From IMG/VR virus record IMGVR_UViG_3300005573_000232, positions 1-29,282 of that record: a DNA stretch of 29,282 nt, one strand, 5' to 3'. Under the pieces are notes generated by a model that was not told the origin of the DNA, did no database searches, and saw nothing but the letters and a program-made list of their open reading frames with translations. How positions within the stretch are numbered: the stretch's first letter is position 1; each line of letters starts with the position of its first letter. The stretch is from a virus (taxonomy: Duplodnaviria > Caudoviricetes). This document shows, in pieces, positions 1-8,392 of the stretch. The position numbers and the translations under genes are program-made.

Positions 1-1589
1 AATCATGCAATAATTTTGTAAAATTTATGGGATTTAATAAAGGTTATAGAAGTTATTGTTCAGTCAAATGTAAAAACAGTGATATTAATAACAAAAACAA
101 TATTAAAAATTCTTTAATTGCAAAATATGGTGTGGATAATCCCATGAAATCTTCATTAATATTAAATAAAGTCAAAAATACAAAAAAAAATCGTTATGGT
201 GATGAAAATTTTACTAATTTAACTCAAACAAAATTAACAAAGAAAAATCGTTATAATGATGAATATTATAATAACAGAAAAAAAGCACAAGAAACCTCAT
301 TAAAAAAATATGGTAAAAAAAATTATACCAATAGAAAAAAGGCAAAAGAAACCTCATTAGAAAAATATGGTATTGAGTATTTTAATAATAGAGAAAAAGC
401 AAAAAAAACTTTCTTAGCAAAATATAATAATGAATATTTTAATAACAGAGAAAAGGCAATTGGAACATGTCTTGACAAATATGGCGTGAAATGTTATTCT
501 CAATCCAATGAATTTAAAAATAAAATATTTTTCAAAACATTGCAAAGATGGGTTGATAAGTTAAATATAGATATTAATGATTTAGAGTATCATAATGACA
601 ATTTTATAATACATAATTTTTGTAAAAAGCATAAATCATTTGAAATTAATAGATATGTATTAAAAAATAGAATTAAATATGGAATTGAAAATATATGCAC
701 AATATGTAATCCGATTAATGAACATTCATCAATTAAAGAATATGAACTTAAAGATTTTATTGAAAATGAATTAAAAATAAAAATTGAGAAAACCAAAATC
801 GATAATAAAGAAATAGATATTTATATACCAGATAATAAATTAGGAATTGAATTTGATGGATTATATTGGCATTCGGATTTATTCTTAGATAAAAACTATC
901 ATTTAAATAAAACAGAACTATGCGAAAAGGCGGGAATTCAACTTCTGCATATATTTGAAAATGAATGGATTTATAAAAAAAATATTGTTAAATCCATAAT
1001 TAAAAGTAAATTAGGATTTTTTAATAAAAGAATATATGCAAGAAAATGCAAAATTAAAGAATTGAATACCAAACAAGCTATTGATTTTTTAAATAAAAAT
1101 CACATACAAGGTGCAATAAATTCTAAATATAAAATCGGATTGTTTTATGATAATGAATTAATTTCAATAATGACATTTGGAAAAAAACGAATTGCATTGG
1201 GTAATAAGGAAAATTCCGATGATAAATATGAAATGCTTAGATTTTGTAATAAATTAGACACTCAGGTAATTGGTGGAGCAAGTAAATTATTAAATTATTT
1301 TATAAAAAAATACAAACCTCAATCTATAATATCATATGCTAATAGAAGATATAGTAATGGCAATTTGTATAATAAATTAGGATTTGAATTTATAGGAAAT
1401 ACAATACCTAATTATTGGTATTTCAAATCGCATGAATATATATTATATCACAGATTTAAATTCAGGAAAGATATATTAATAAAAAATGGATATGATTTAA
1501 ATAAAAACGAAGCTCAAATTATGGCAGAACTTGGCTATTATAAAATTTATGATTGCGGTCAAATGAAATTTGAACTTAAATTGGAATAA
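1..1589 (+). CDS. Hef-like homing endonuclease: Cys motif + 19-aa KYG repeats + PD-(D/E)xK/DUF559-like nuclease + C-terminal GNAT/Mom-like domain (5'-truncated by window)
   Basis: Frame is open upstream of the ATG at 27 ([23 protein letters not shown], a Cys-pair Zn-finger-like motif), so the gene likely starts before the window. Nuclease motif [35 protein letters not shown]-terminal [47 protein letters not shown] is typical of phage Hef-like proteins. Confidence 0.75.
   Translation, partial: SCNNFVKFMGFNKGYRSYCSVKCKNSDINNKNNIKNSLIAKYGVDNPMKSSLILNKVKNTKKNRYGDENFTNLTQTKLTKKNRYNDEYYNNRKKAQETSLKKYGKKNYTNRKKAKETSLEKYGIEYFNNREKAKKTFLAKYNNEYFNNREKAIGTCLDKYGVKCYSQSNEFKNKIFFKTLQRWVDKLNIDINDLEYHNDNFIIHNFCKKHKSFEINRYVLKNRIKYGIENICTICNPINEHSSIKEYELKDFIENELKIKIEKTKIDNKEIDIYIPDNKLGIEFDGLYWHSDLFLDKNYHLNKTELCEKAGIQLLHIFENEWIYKKNIVKSIIKSKLGFFNKRIYARKCKIKELNTKQAIDFLNKNHIQGAINSKYKIGLFYDNELISIMTFGKKRIALGNKENSDDKYEMLRFCNKLDTQVIGGASKLLNYFIKKYKPQSIISYANRRYSNGNLYNKLGFEFIGNTIPNYWYFKSHEYILYHRFKFRKDILIKNGYDLNKNEAQIMAELGYYKIYDCGQMKFELKLE
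189..503 (+). repeat. Six degenerate 57-bp (19-aa) coding tandem repeats, (N/K/E/A/D)(R/K)Y(G/N)xxx(F/Y)xNxxKAxxT
   Basis: Units begin at 189, 246, 303, 360, 417 and 474: [19 protein letters not shown] / [19 protein letters not shown] / [19 protein letters not shown] / [19 protein letters not shown] / [19 protein letters not shown] / [10 protein letters not shown]. Confidence 0.85.
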
Positions 1590-2697
1590 TTGGAAACATT
1601 GGTGGTTGATATCCACGTTCTTTGTTTACATTTTCAGCAATTTTAGCACGAGTATCTGTTAATTTTTCTTGTCTTAATGCATCTAATTGATCTTTAATTA
1701 ATTTTTCTGTATCTTCTTTCAATTTAGTACCTTCATCAAGTAAATGGCGATAATCCATTTGTAATTGTTTTTCAGTAACACCAAGTTCACCACTATAAAA
1801 TCCACGAATTCCACCAATAACCATTTTTACTTTTGCAATAAGAAGATTACGAATTTGTTGACGAGCAACGTCGTTCATATTTTCCCATTTTAAAATTTTT
1901 GTTGGAGGATCTGAAGGTAATTTAACAACATCTGGATTTTCTTCTAAACATTTATCTCTTTCATCATTATTTTTGGTATCATAATACCAATACCACACCT
2001 TTCTTCCTGCATAATGTTTACCCCAAATACCCTGTATTTCATCACGGGAACCCGGAATTGGATATAAATGTAATATCTTTTCTCCAGTCGCAAGTCCTGT
2101 AATACGATATGTTAATATGGATTGTAAAACTCTTTGTTTCATTCTTCTATCCTGTGCTGTTAATAATGTTGAAAATGTTGGTTGAACATACATTGCCGGA
2201 CGACCCAAATAAGACCAGCCAACCATACCTGGACTCCACGCATTTAAAGCAAATGGATCTACCAATCCACCATCAATTTCAGGTGGAGTTTCCCATAGCA
2301 CTTCATTAATTTCTCTTCCAGCAGGAATAATATAATGTTGTGTATTTGCAGATGTGATTATATAATCACGCTTTAATTCCCATCCATTTGCTGCTGGTGC
2401 ATTAGTACCAAGTCCGACTTGACGTGAATAAGCATATGTGAAAGATTCCATATACTTATTCGATTTATTTGTAAAGGCTGAAATAAAATCACTATTTTCT
2501 TTATTTAATCCTTCAATACCTACCCATTGTTGTTCAATAAGCCAGGCATTTAAAATTGCTGAATAATCTTCAATTACCATTTCAAGATAGGAATCCATCA
2601 TTTCATCGGTTATTTCAAAAGGTCTTAATGGATATCCTAATTCATGCTTTATATGAAGGTATAACTTATTTTTTTCGGCAGTACTAATTAAAGCCAT
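1576..2697 (-). CDS. Neck / head-completion protein, T4 gp13-like
   Basis: N-terminal [31 protein letters not shown] and C-terminal [25 protein letters not shown] resemble gp13-type neck proteins; late motif upstream; located in the head gene region. Confidence 0.7.
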   Translation of the reverse strand: MALISTAEKNKLYLHIKHELGYPLRPFEITDEMMDSYLEMVIEDYSAILNAWLIEQQWVGIEGLNKENSDFISAFTNKSNKYMESFTYAYSRQVGLGTNAPAANGWELKRDYIITSANTQHYIIPAGREINEVLWETPPEIDGGLVDPFALNAWSPGMVGWSYLGRPAMYVQPTFSTLLTAQDRRMKQRVLQSILTYRITGLATGEKILHLYPIPGSRDEIQGIWGKHYAGRKVWYWYYDTKNNDERDKCLEENPDVVKLPSDPPTKILKWENMNDVARQQIRNLLIAKVKMVIGGIRGFYSGELGVTEKQLQMDYRHLLDEGTKLKEDTEKLIKDQLDALRQEKLTDTRAKIAENVNKERGYQPPMFPIIPI

Positions 2698-2713
2698 AAT
2701 TATATTTATTTCA

Positions 2714-2722
2714 TATAAATAC
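2714..2722 (-). promoter_or_regulatory. Putative late promoter motif GTATTTATA (neck gene)
   Basis: + strand TATAAATAC, 16 nt upstream of the start at 2697. Confidence 0.65.
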
Positions 2723-2752
2723 TTAATTTTTTTTTCATTTTTTTCAAAAATA

Positions 2753-2783
2753 TTTGTTATTGAAATTAATTGTAATATATTTG
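2753..2783 (+). promoter_or_regulatory. Bacteroidota-type housekeeping sigma promoter (-33 TTTG, 19-nt spacer, -7 TAnnTTTG)
   Basis: TTTG at 2753-2756 and TATATTTG at 2776-2783, 25 nt before ATG 2809; matches the Bacteroides/Flavobacterium consensus. Confidence 0.65.
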
Positions 2784-2808
2784 TAAAATATTTTTAAAAA
2801 TTTTTAGT

Positions 2809-3276
2809 ATGAATAAAATTGAATATAACATTTCTCTAAATAAATCAGGTAGACCATCAATTGAATTACCTATTGATTACGAAAATAATCCAGAGGATAA
2901 GTTTCTTGCAATTGAAATAACTAGATATATCTTTCATGATTTATATGGAAGAATGGAAAATTTTATGGATGAAGAAACAATATCCCAATTAAATAATGCA
3001 ATCCAATTTCTCCAACAAATTAGTGATGAAATGGCATTGATTATTTTTGATTCTATGAAAGTAGCGGGAGATGCTTCTTTTTTTGTAAAAACTCCTTATC
3101 ACATTCAAGTAAAAACAATTGATGAGAGAAATGCATTAGATAAAGAACAAATATTTTATGATGGTAAAATTTTTACAAGACAAATTGGTCTTAAAGTTCT
3201 GGTAACAGATGAAATGAAATTGTATGAATTGAAAGATGGAATTAATAATGAAAATTGGACTGAAATATCTGAATAA
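2809..3276 (+). CDS. Hypothetical protein (155 aa)
   Basis: Clean ORF, first gene of the + strand block; no family recognised. Confidence 0.8.
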   Translation: MNKIEYNISLNKSGRPSIELPIDYENNPEDKFLAIEITRYIFHDLYGRMENFMDEETISQLNNAIQFLQQISDEMALIIFDSMKVAGDASFFVKTPYHIQVKTIDERNALDKEQIFYDGKIFTRQIGLKVLVTDEMKLYELKDGINNENWTEISE

Positions 3277-3309
3277 TAAAATTATTTTTTCATAAAAATA
3301 TTTGTAAAA

Positions 3310-4794
3310 ATGAGTTTTAAACCAACTGAAGAACAAGAAAGAATATTTCATTTTATTGAAAAAAGAAACGAAAATATTTTAATTAAAGCATATGCTGGCA
3401 CTGGTAAAACAACAACAATTGTGGAAGCAATTAAACTATTACCTAAAGATAAAAATATAATTTTTTTAGCGTTTAATAAACATATTCAAGAAGAATTAAC
3501 AAAAAAATTACCTGAATATGTTAGATGTTATACAACCTATGGCTTAGGTACTTCTGCAATAAAAAGAAAATATGGCGATAAAATAGAATTCGATGAGTTT
3601 AAAATTGATAAAATCATAAAAGAATTTTCTAAAAAATGGAGATTAAATGAAGAATTTGAAAATGATGAGGAGATATATCTTTATCTACAATCATTAAAAA
3701 AACTTGTTAATATTTGTAGATTAACTTTAACATTAAAGCCAGATTTTATTCCAAACATAGCTGAAAAATATGAAATTGATATTCACAAACCTAACGATTT
3801 TAAACGAGTAATTAAATTACTTGATACTGCTACTGTCGATAGGAAAACTTTTGATTTTATTGATATGGTATATCTACCAGCAATTGATAATTCGATATGG
3901 ATGTTTCCACAAGATTATGTCTTTGTGGATGAAGTTCAAGATTTAAATAAATGTCAAATCAGAATAATTGAAAAAATATTAAAAAAAGATAAAAAAACTG
4001 GCAATTATATTGGAAGATTAATTAGCGTTGGAGATGCATTTCAAAGCATTTATGGTTTTAACGGAACTGATGAAAAATCGTTTCAATGGTTCGAAAAATT
4101 TAATAATACCAAAGTTTTACCATTATCAATTTCATTTAGATGCTCAAAAAATGTAATAAAAAAAGCACAAGAAATTGTACCAGATATTAAAGCACTTCCC
4201 AATGCACCTGATGGTATTGTAAGAGAAGGCAATGTTTTAGAAGAAGCAGGAGATGGTGATTTTATTTTATGTAGAACAACAACACCAATTGTTAAATTAT
4301 TTTTTGAGTTTTTAGTTAAGCAAAAAAAAGTTATGATTAAGGGTTCTGATATTGGAATACAATTGATAGAATTAATAGGAACAATAAACAATATACCCAA
4401 ATTAATTGATTTCTGGGAAAAAGAAATTGATAAATATAAAAAAGAATTAGAAGATTCCGGAGTAATAAATATAAACGAACATAGTGGTTTTGTTAATTTA
4501 CAAGATAAGGTAAATACTTTATTATTTTTAGCAAAAATATCAAATAGCGTTGAAGATTTGAAAAATAAAATTAGAATGATATTTAAAGATGATATTGAAG
4601 GAATTGTATTAAGTACAGTTCATAAAGTGAAGGGTCTTGAAGCTAATAGGGTTTTTATTATTCGTCCCGATTTGTTACCAATGAAAAATGTAAATTATTT
4701 GCAATATGTTCAAGAAAAAAATTTGGAATATGTTGCATATACAAGAGCCAAGAATGAATTAATTTTTGATTATAATTGGACTGATGAAGAATAA
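3310..4794 (+). CDS. UvrD/Rep-like superfamily 1 DNA helicase
   Basis: Q-motif PTEEQ, Walker A AYAGTGKTTT, Walker B VDEVQDLN, motif III VGDAFQSIYGFNG, IV LSISFRC, V STVHKVKGLEA, VI YVAYTRAK. Confidence 0.93.
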   Translation: MSFKPTEEQERIFHFIEKRNENILIKAYAGTGKTTTIVEAIKLLPKDKNIIFLAFNKHIQEELTKKLPEYVRCYTTYGLGTSAIKRKYGDKIEFDEFKIDKIIKEFSKKWRLNEEFENDEEIYLYLQSLKKLVNICRLTLTLKPDFIPNIAEKYEIDIHKPNDFKRVIKLLDTATVDRKTFDFIDMVYLPAIDNSIWMFPQDYVFVDEVQDLNKCQIRIIEKILKKDKKTGNYIGRLISVGDAFQSIYGFNGTDEKSFQWFEKFNNTKVLPLSISFRCSKNVIKKAQEIVPDIKALPNAPDGIVREGNVLEEAGDGDFILCRTTTPIVKLFFEFLVKQKKVMIKGSDIGIQLIELIGTINNIPKLIDFWEKEIDKYKKELEDSGVININEHSGFVNLQDKVNTLLFLAKISNSVEDLKNKIRMIFKDDIEGIVLSTVHKVKGLEANRVFIIRPDLLPMKNVNYLQYVQEKNLEYVAYTRAKNELIFDYNWTDEE

Positions 4795-4833
4795 TTAATT
4801 TTATAATTAAAATCTTAGCAAAATTTTTTAAAT

Positions 4834-5172
4834 ATGGAATGGATAATTAAAATAGAAGAAAAGGAAGTTGATATTATAGAAAATAAAAAACTTCCAATGC
4901 GTAATAGAAGAATTAAAGTTAAATTCGACCCTCAAAAAGAAGAATTGAAATTTATTGGTCAATATAAAACGAAAAATGGTGAATGGATTGATTTTAGTGA
5001 AAAATCGCATTCAATGATTATTGATTTAAATCAAATACAAGAATTACTTTATAATGTATATAAAAAAATGGAAGAAAAAATTGTTGCATATGAAAATATT
5101 GCAGAAGCATTTGAAGTAATAAAATTAATTGAAATTAATGATGAAAACAATACAAACGATGAGTTGGCTTAA
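4834..5172 (+). CDS. Hypothetical protein (112 aa)
   Basis: Clean ORF downstream of the helicase, convergent with the GIY-YIG gene. Confidence 0.75.
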   Translation: MEWIIKIEEKEVDIIENKKLPMRNRRIKVKFDPQKEELKFIGQYKTKNGEWIDFSEKSHSMIIDLNQIQELLYNVYKKMEEKIVAYENIAEAFEVIKLIEINDENNTNDELA

Positions 5173-5173
5173 A

Positions 5174-6631
5174 TTAAAATTTCCATAAATAACCAGAAAT
5201 TATTCTTTGTTTACTACACCATCTTGATATTGTTGATTGGTTGACTCCAATATATTCTGATGCTTTATTTGTGGAATCAAAAACAGTAATTTCATTTGTT
5301 TTTATGTTTATTCTATATACCTTTTTACAAATTTTTTGTTTTTGATATTCTGATAAACCATTCATCTTTTTTGTTTTGCTTATTTTCTGCTTAGTTTCAT
5401 CGCTGCGTGATTTACCTAACCAAAATTTTGCGGATTTTTTTGATAATTGTTTTTTTTCATCTTCTGATTTGCGTTTTCCGTATTTTTTTGCTTCATCACT
5501 ACCTGAAATTGCAATTCTTTTATTAATCCATTCCTCATTTTGTTTTATACCAAGATGTGATTTAGACATTTTATTGATGGTGTCAATTGTTGTTGTTGCA
5601 TTATTACCACTTGATTGTATATTATATCCAAATTCTTTTTGATTTGATTTATATTCAATAATATATTTAATTTCTTTATTATTTAGTTCTTCTATTGTAT
5701 TTGCAGTGTCAATAATTGAAAATTCAAAATTATCCCATCCATATTTATTAAAGGCATTGTTTAAATATTCATTACCAAGCCCATTCTTATATTCAGAAAT
5801 TCTTTCGTTTAATGAACGAATTGTTTGTCCAATGTATATTTTATTATTTATTTTATTTCTTATTTTATATATAATTCCTACCACATTTTCATCTCTGTGG
5901 GGATATGGTAAAATTAAATGCTTTATTGATTTTTTGTATTTTTCATTGTTTGTTTTTGAATCCATGAAGTAAAAATATCTTCTTTTCCTGTATTGTGGTA
6001 AAAAAATTGCATTGGGATAGTGTTTAATAATTTCATCTTTTTTCATTGTACCTATTTTATTTCTTATCCATCTACTATATCTTAACTTACCATCAATTAA
6101 TACAGAAAATCTTTTTGATTCTTTATTGTGGTAGTAGTTACCTGACATAACACCAACATAAATCCAATTTAATGATTGATATATTGTTCCGATTTCACCA
6201 GCAGCGGGATCAATGGTTGCTGTTATTATTCTATATTTAGTGTTATTTTTTATCCATTTACATGCTCTTGATATGAAATAAGATGCAGTGTTTTTTGGCG
6301 TCCACCACAAACAAACACCTCTACTTAACAACAATAATTTATTTTCAAATCCGTATTTAGTCCAGACACCAGTGTTTTCAGTATAATCAGTACTAAAAAC
6401 CAAAACCCCACCTAGTTTTTGTCCCTTTTCTGTGTTGAAATAAATACCAAAACAATAGTTGGTAATGTATGGCATTGATTTAAGCCATTCATATTCAATG
6501 ATTATTTTTTTTGCTGTTTCTTTATCAATTAATTTTATTTCCGTGTTTTTTAATGAAATTGAATTATTATAAAAATCCAGTTTTTCTGTGACTGACTTTT
6601 CTTTTCGAATTTTGTATTGATGTGCTTCCAT
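5174..6631 (-). CDS. Fusion: Mom-like (GNAT-fold) DNA-modification domain + GIY-YIG homing endonuclease with NUMOD3 repeats and NUMOD1-like HTH
   Basis: N-half: LLLSRGVCLWWTPKNTASYFISRA..IITATIDPAAGEIGTIYQSLNWIYVG (Mom-like). From about aa 250: GIIYKIRNKINNKIYIGQT..R..E..YN (GIY-YIG). Then GKRKSEDEKKQLS and GKSRSDETKQKIS (NUMOD3), and FDSTNKASEYIGVNQSTISRWC (HTH). Confidence 0.8.
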   Translation of the reverse strand: MEAHQYKIRKEKSVTEKLDFYNNSISLKNTEIKLIDKETAKKIIIEYEWLKSMPYITNYCFGIYFNTEKGQKLGGVLVFSTDYTENTGVWTKYGFENKLLLLSRGVCLWWTPKNTASYFISRACKWIKNNTKYRIITATIDPAAGEIGTIYQSLNWIYVGVMSGNYYHNKESKRFSVLIDGKLRYSRWIRNKIGTMKKDEIIKHYPNAIFLPQYRKRRYFYFMDSKTNNEKYKKSIKHLILPYPHRDENVVGIIYKIRNKINNKIYIGQTIRSLNERISEYKNGLGNEYLNNAFNKYGWDNFEFSIIDTANTIEELNNKEIKYIIEYKSNQKEFGYNIQSSGNNATTTIDTINKMSKSHLGIKQNEEWINKRIAISGSDEAKKYGKRKSEDEKKQLSKKSAKFWLGKSRSDETKQKISKTKKMNGLSEYQKQKICKKVYRINIKTNEITVFDSTNKASEYIGVNQSTISRWCSKQRIISGYLWKF

Positions 6632-6648
6632 AGAAATATGTTTATATG

Positions 6649-6656
6649 CAAACTTA
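6649..6656 (-). promoter_or_regulatory. Bacteroidota-type -7 element TAAGTTTG upstream of Mom/GIY-YIG gene
   Basis: Minus strand reads TAAGTTTGCA, 17 nt before ATG 6631; no clean -33 TTTG. Confidence 0.5.
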
Positions 6657-6666
6657 ATATAAAAAA

Positions 6667-6700
6667 ATAAAAAGGCTACTAAATTTAGTAGCCTTTTTAT
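6667..6700 (-). terminator. Rho-independent terminator after major capsid gene (perfect 34-bp palindrome, potentially bidirectional)
   Basis: ATAAAAAGGCTACTAAA-TTTAGTAGCCTTTTTAT, followed by a T-run on the minus strand. Confidence 0.88.
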
Positions 6701-6716
6701 ACTATATTAGATATTA

Positions 6717-8369
6717 CTATTGTAAATCACCAATACCAAATGTGGTAAGACCATCGCAGAAAATTCTACCATAGTAACGATTCAGTACCATTTTTTTAGC
6801 ATAACGTGTCATAATACCCCTAATTGGCGTGAAATCAAACGGATTGTACATGACAGGAGTTAATTGCATAGGTATATAAGGTGCGTAAATATAACCGGTC
6901 TCTAAGATAGAAGTTCCTTTATGTCCAACAAGAATTGTGTTTGCTGGAGAATATGGGTCGCGATAAACGATATAACGTCCACTAAGAACACCGATTTTTT
7001 CAATACCCATATTGTACTTATCCTGTTCTGGGGCAGCATTGCTAACATGGAAATATTCCAGGTCATCGAATACTGCACTTACTTCAGGAGATACAACAAT
7101 CCAAGAAGCACCACCACGAAGTGTTGATTTATGTATTTGAGCTGAAATCTGGTTAATCTTGGTTATCAAGGTCTGATTCCAGTCCTTCTGTACACCAAAA
7201 TATCCGGTGGTCTGTTTGCGAAGTCCGTTGTAATCCCAACGAGTTGTCCAAGCAGCACCTCTACGAAGGTCGCGTAGAATCTCACGGTCAATTTCGGCAG
7301 CCATTTGTTCAGAGAGCAATGCAGTTAATTCAGCTTCAGCATCAATGTTATGGAATGCGCTTACGTCTTGTGCAAGTTCAGGAGTCCATAATGCACGCAT
7401 TTTACGTGTTTCAACGGAAACTGTGACATCATCAAGAACGAAACTCACTTCAGCCATACGAGAATCTTCTTCAAGGTCGCTGTATACTTTATACTCATAT
7501 GAGAATGTTGCAGAACCAGAACCACTTAATGCCTGATATCCATTAGTTCCAGGATAGGTCAAGTCGGCTAAAAGCACAATCTTACCATCTTTGCTAACGA
7601 TTGCTTTTCCGTAAGGCTGTACCTTAACATTGAACGGAATGTCTTTACCAGCAACAATTGAATCTTCAGAAGTAGGTGCAACTAAATTGACATCAGCAAA
7701 AATCCTTAAACTAGCAAGGAATGATTCGGTGTCCATAGGAACACCAGCCGGTCCAATAAGTTTTCCTTCACTGGTTGTGGTAAATCCAGTAATTGTTAAT
7801 GTAGCAAATTTGCCCGTAGAATCCAGAACAGAAGCGCAATTCCCAGTTACTAAGGTAATAGAACCCTTAGACCTGTCAAATAATGATTCACCTTCACTTG
7901 CATATTCTGTTGCATAAAATGCATCGTATAATGAACGGGTTTCAAACTGTGTTCCTGTACCAGGTGCAAGTTCAGCAGCATTTGAATACGCGCCATTTGG
8001 TGATGTGTGATTAAGACCTGCAGGAGCAACTCTCACAGAAGCCTTTGGATTAATGTAATATAATTTTCCGATAGGCAGGTTTAATGCTTGTACGGAAACA
8101 ATATCATTTGCTAACAGTTTAGCAAATACCCTGCGAATAACAGGAAATGCTACTGTTTCAAACTGACCAGAACTTGCAGAATCAGTAGATTCTTTAAGCA
8201 TATGTGATAACTGGTTTTCAAAAAGTTGTGCAACATTTTCTTTCACATTACCTTCAAGTCCTTCAAGCAGACCAATTTTTTCCCAACGATTAGTTATAAT
8301 TTCTCTTTGTTCGCGAAGTGCTTTTAATCCAATATTACCAACTTCGCCACTTTCTAATAAAAATCCCAT
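6717..8369 (-). CDS. gp23: Major capsid protein, T4 gp23-like
   Basis: FPVIRRVFAKLLANDIVSVQAL, TRKMRALWTPELAQDVSAFHNIDAEAELTALLSEQMAAEIDREI, YAPYIPMQLTP..FTPIRGIMTRYAK. GC content is visibly higher than in the flanks. Probable maturation site MLKE60/STD. Confidence 0.96.
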   Translation of the reverse strand: MGFLLESGEVGNIGLKALREQREIITNRWEKIGLLEGLEGNVKENVAQLFENQLSHMLKESTDSASSGQFETVAFPVIRRVFAKLLANDIVSVQALNLPIGKLYYINPKASVRVAPAGLNHTSPNGAYSNAAELAPGTGTQFETRSLYDAFYATEYASEGESLFDRSKGSITLVTGNCASVLDSTGKFATLTITGFTTTSEGKLIGPAGVPMDTESFLASLRIFADVNLVAPTSEDSIVAGKDIPFNVKVQPYGKAIVSKDGKIVLLADLTYPGTNGYQALSGSGSATFSYEYKVYSDLEEDSRMAEVSFVLDDVTVSVETRKMRALWTPELAQDVSAFHNIDAEAELTALLSEQMAAEIDREILRDLRRGAAWTTRWDYNGLRKQTTGYFGVQKDWNQTLITKINQISAQIHKSTLRGGASWIVVSPEVSAVFDDLEYFHVSNAAPEQDKYNMGIEKIGVLSGRYIVYRDPYSPANTILVGHKGTSILETGYIYAPYIPMQLTPVMYNPFDFTPIRGIMTRYAKKMVLNRYYGRIFCDGLTTFGIGDLQ

Positions 8370-8392
8370 ATTTAAAAATTTTTAATTACTTA

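Noticed and set aside
11-29. TAATTTTG as a promoter with gene start at ATG 27
   Set aside because: The frame is open to the window edge and continues a Cys-containing motif, so the true start is probably upstream.
3298-3309. ATATTTGTAAAA repeated from 2777-2788 as a second early promoter
   Set aside because: Reads AATATTTG rather than TAnnTTTG, lacks a -33 element and abuts the ATG; insufficient support.
6714-6719. Stop-codon reassignment (TAG read-through, as in some Bacteroidota phages)
   Set aside because: All conserved genes are full length in code 11 at high coding density; TAG appears as an ordinary terminal stop here and at 29065.
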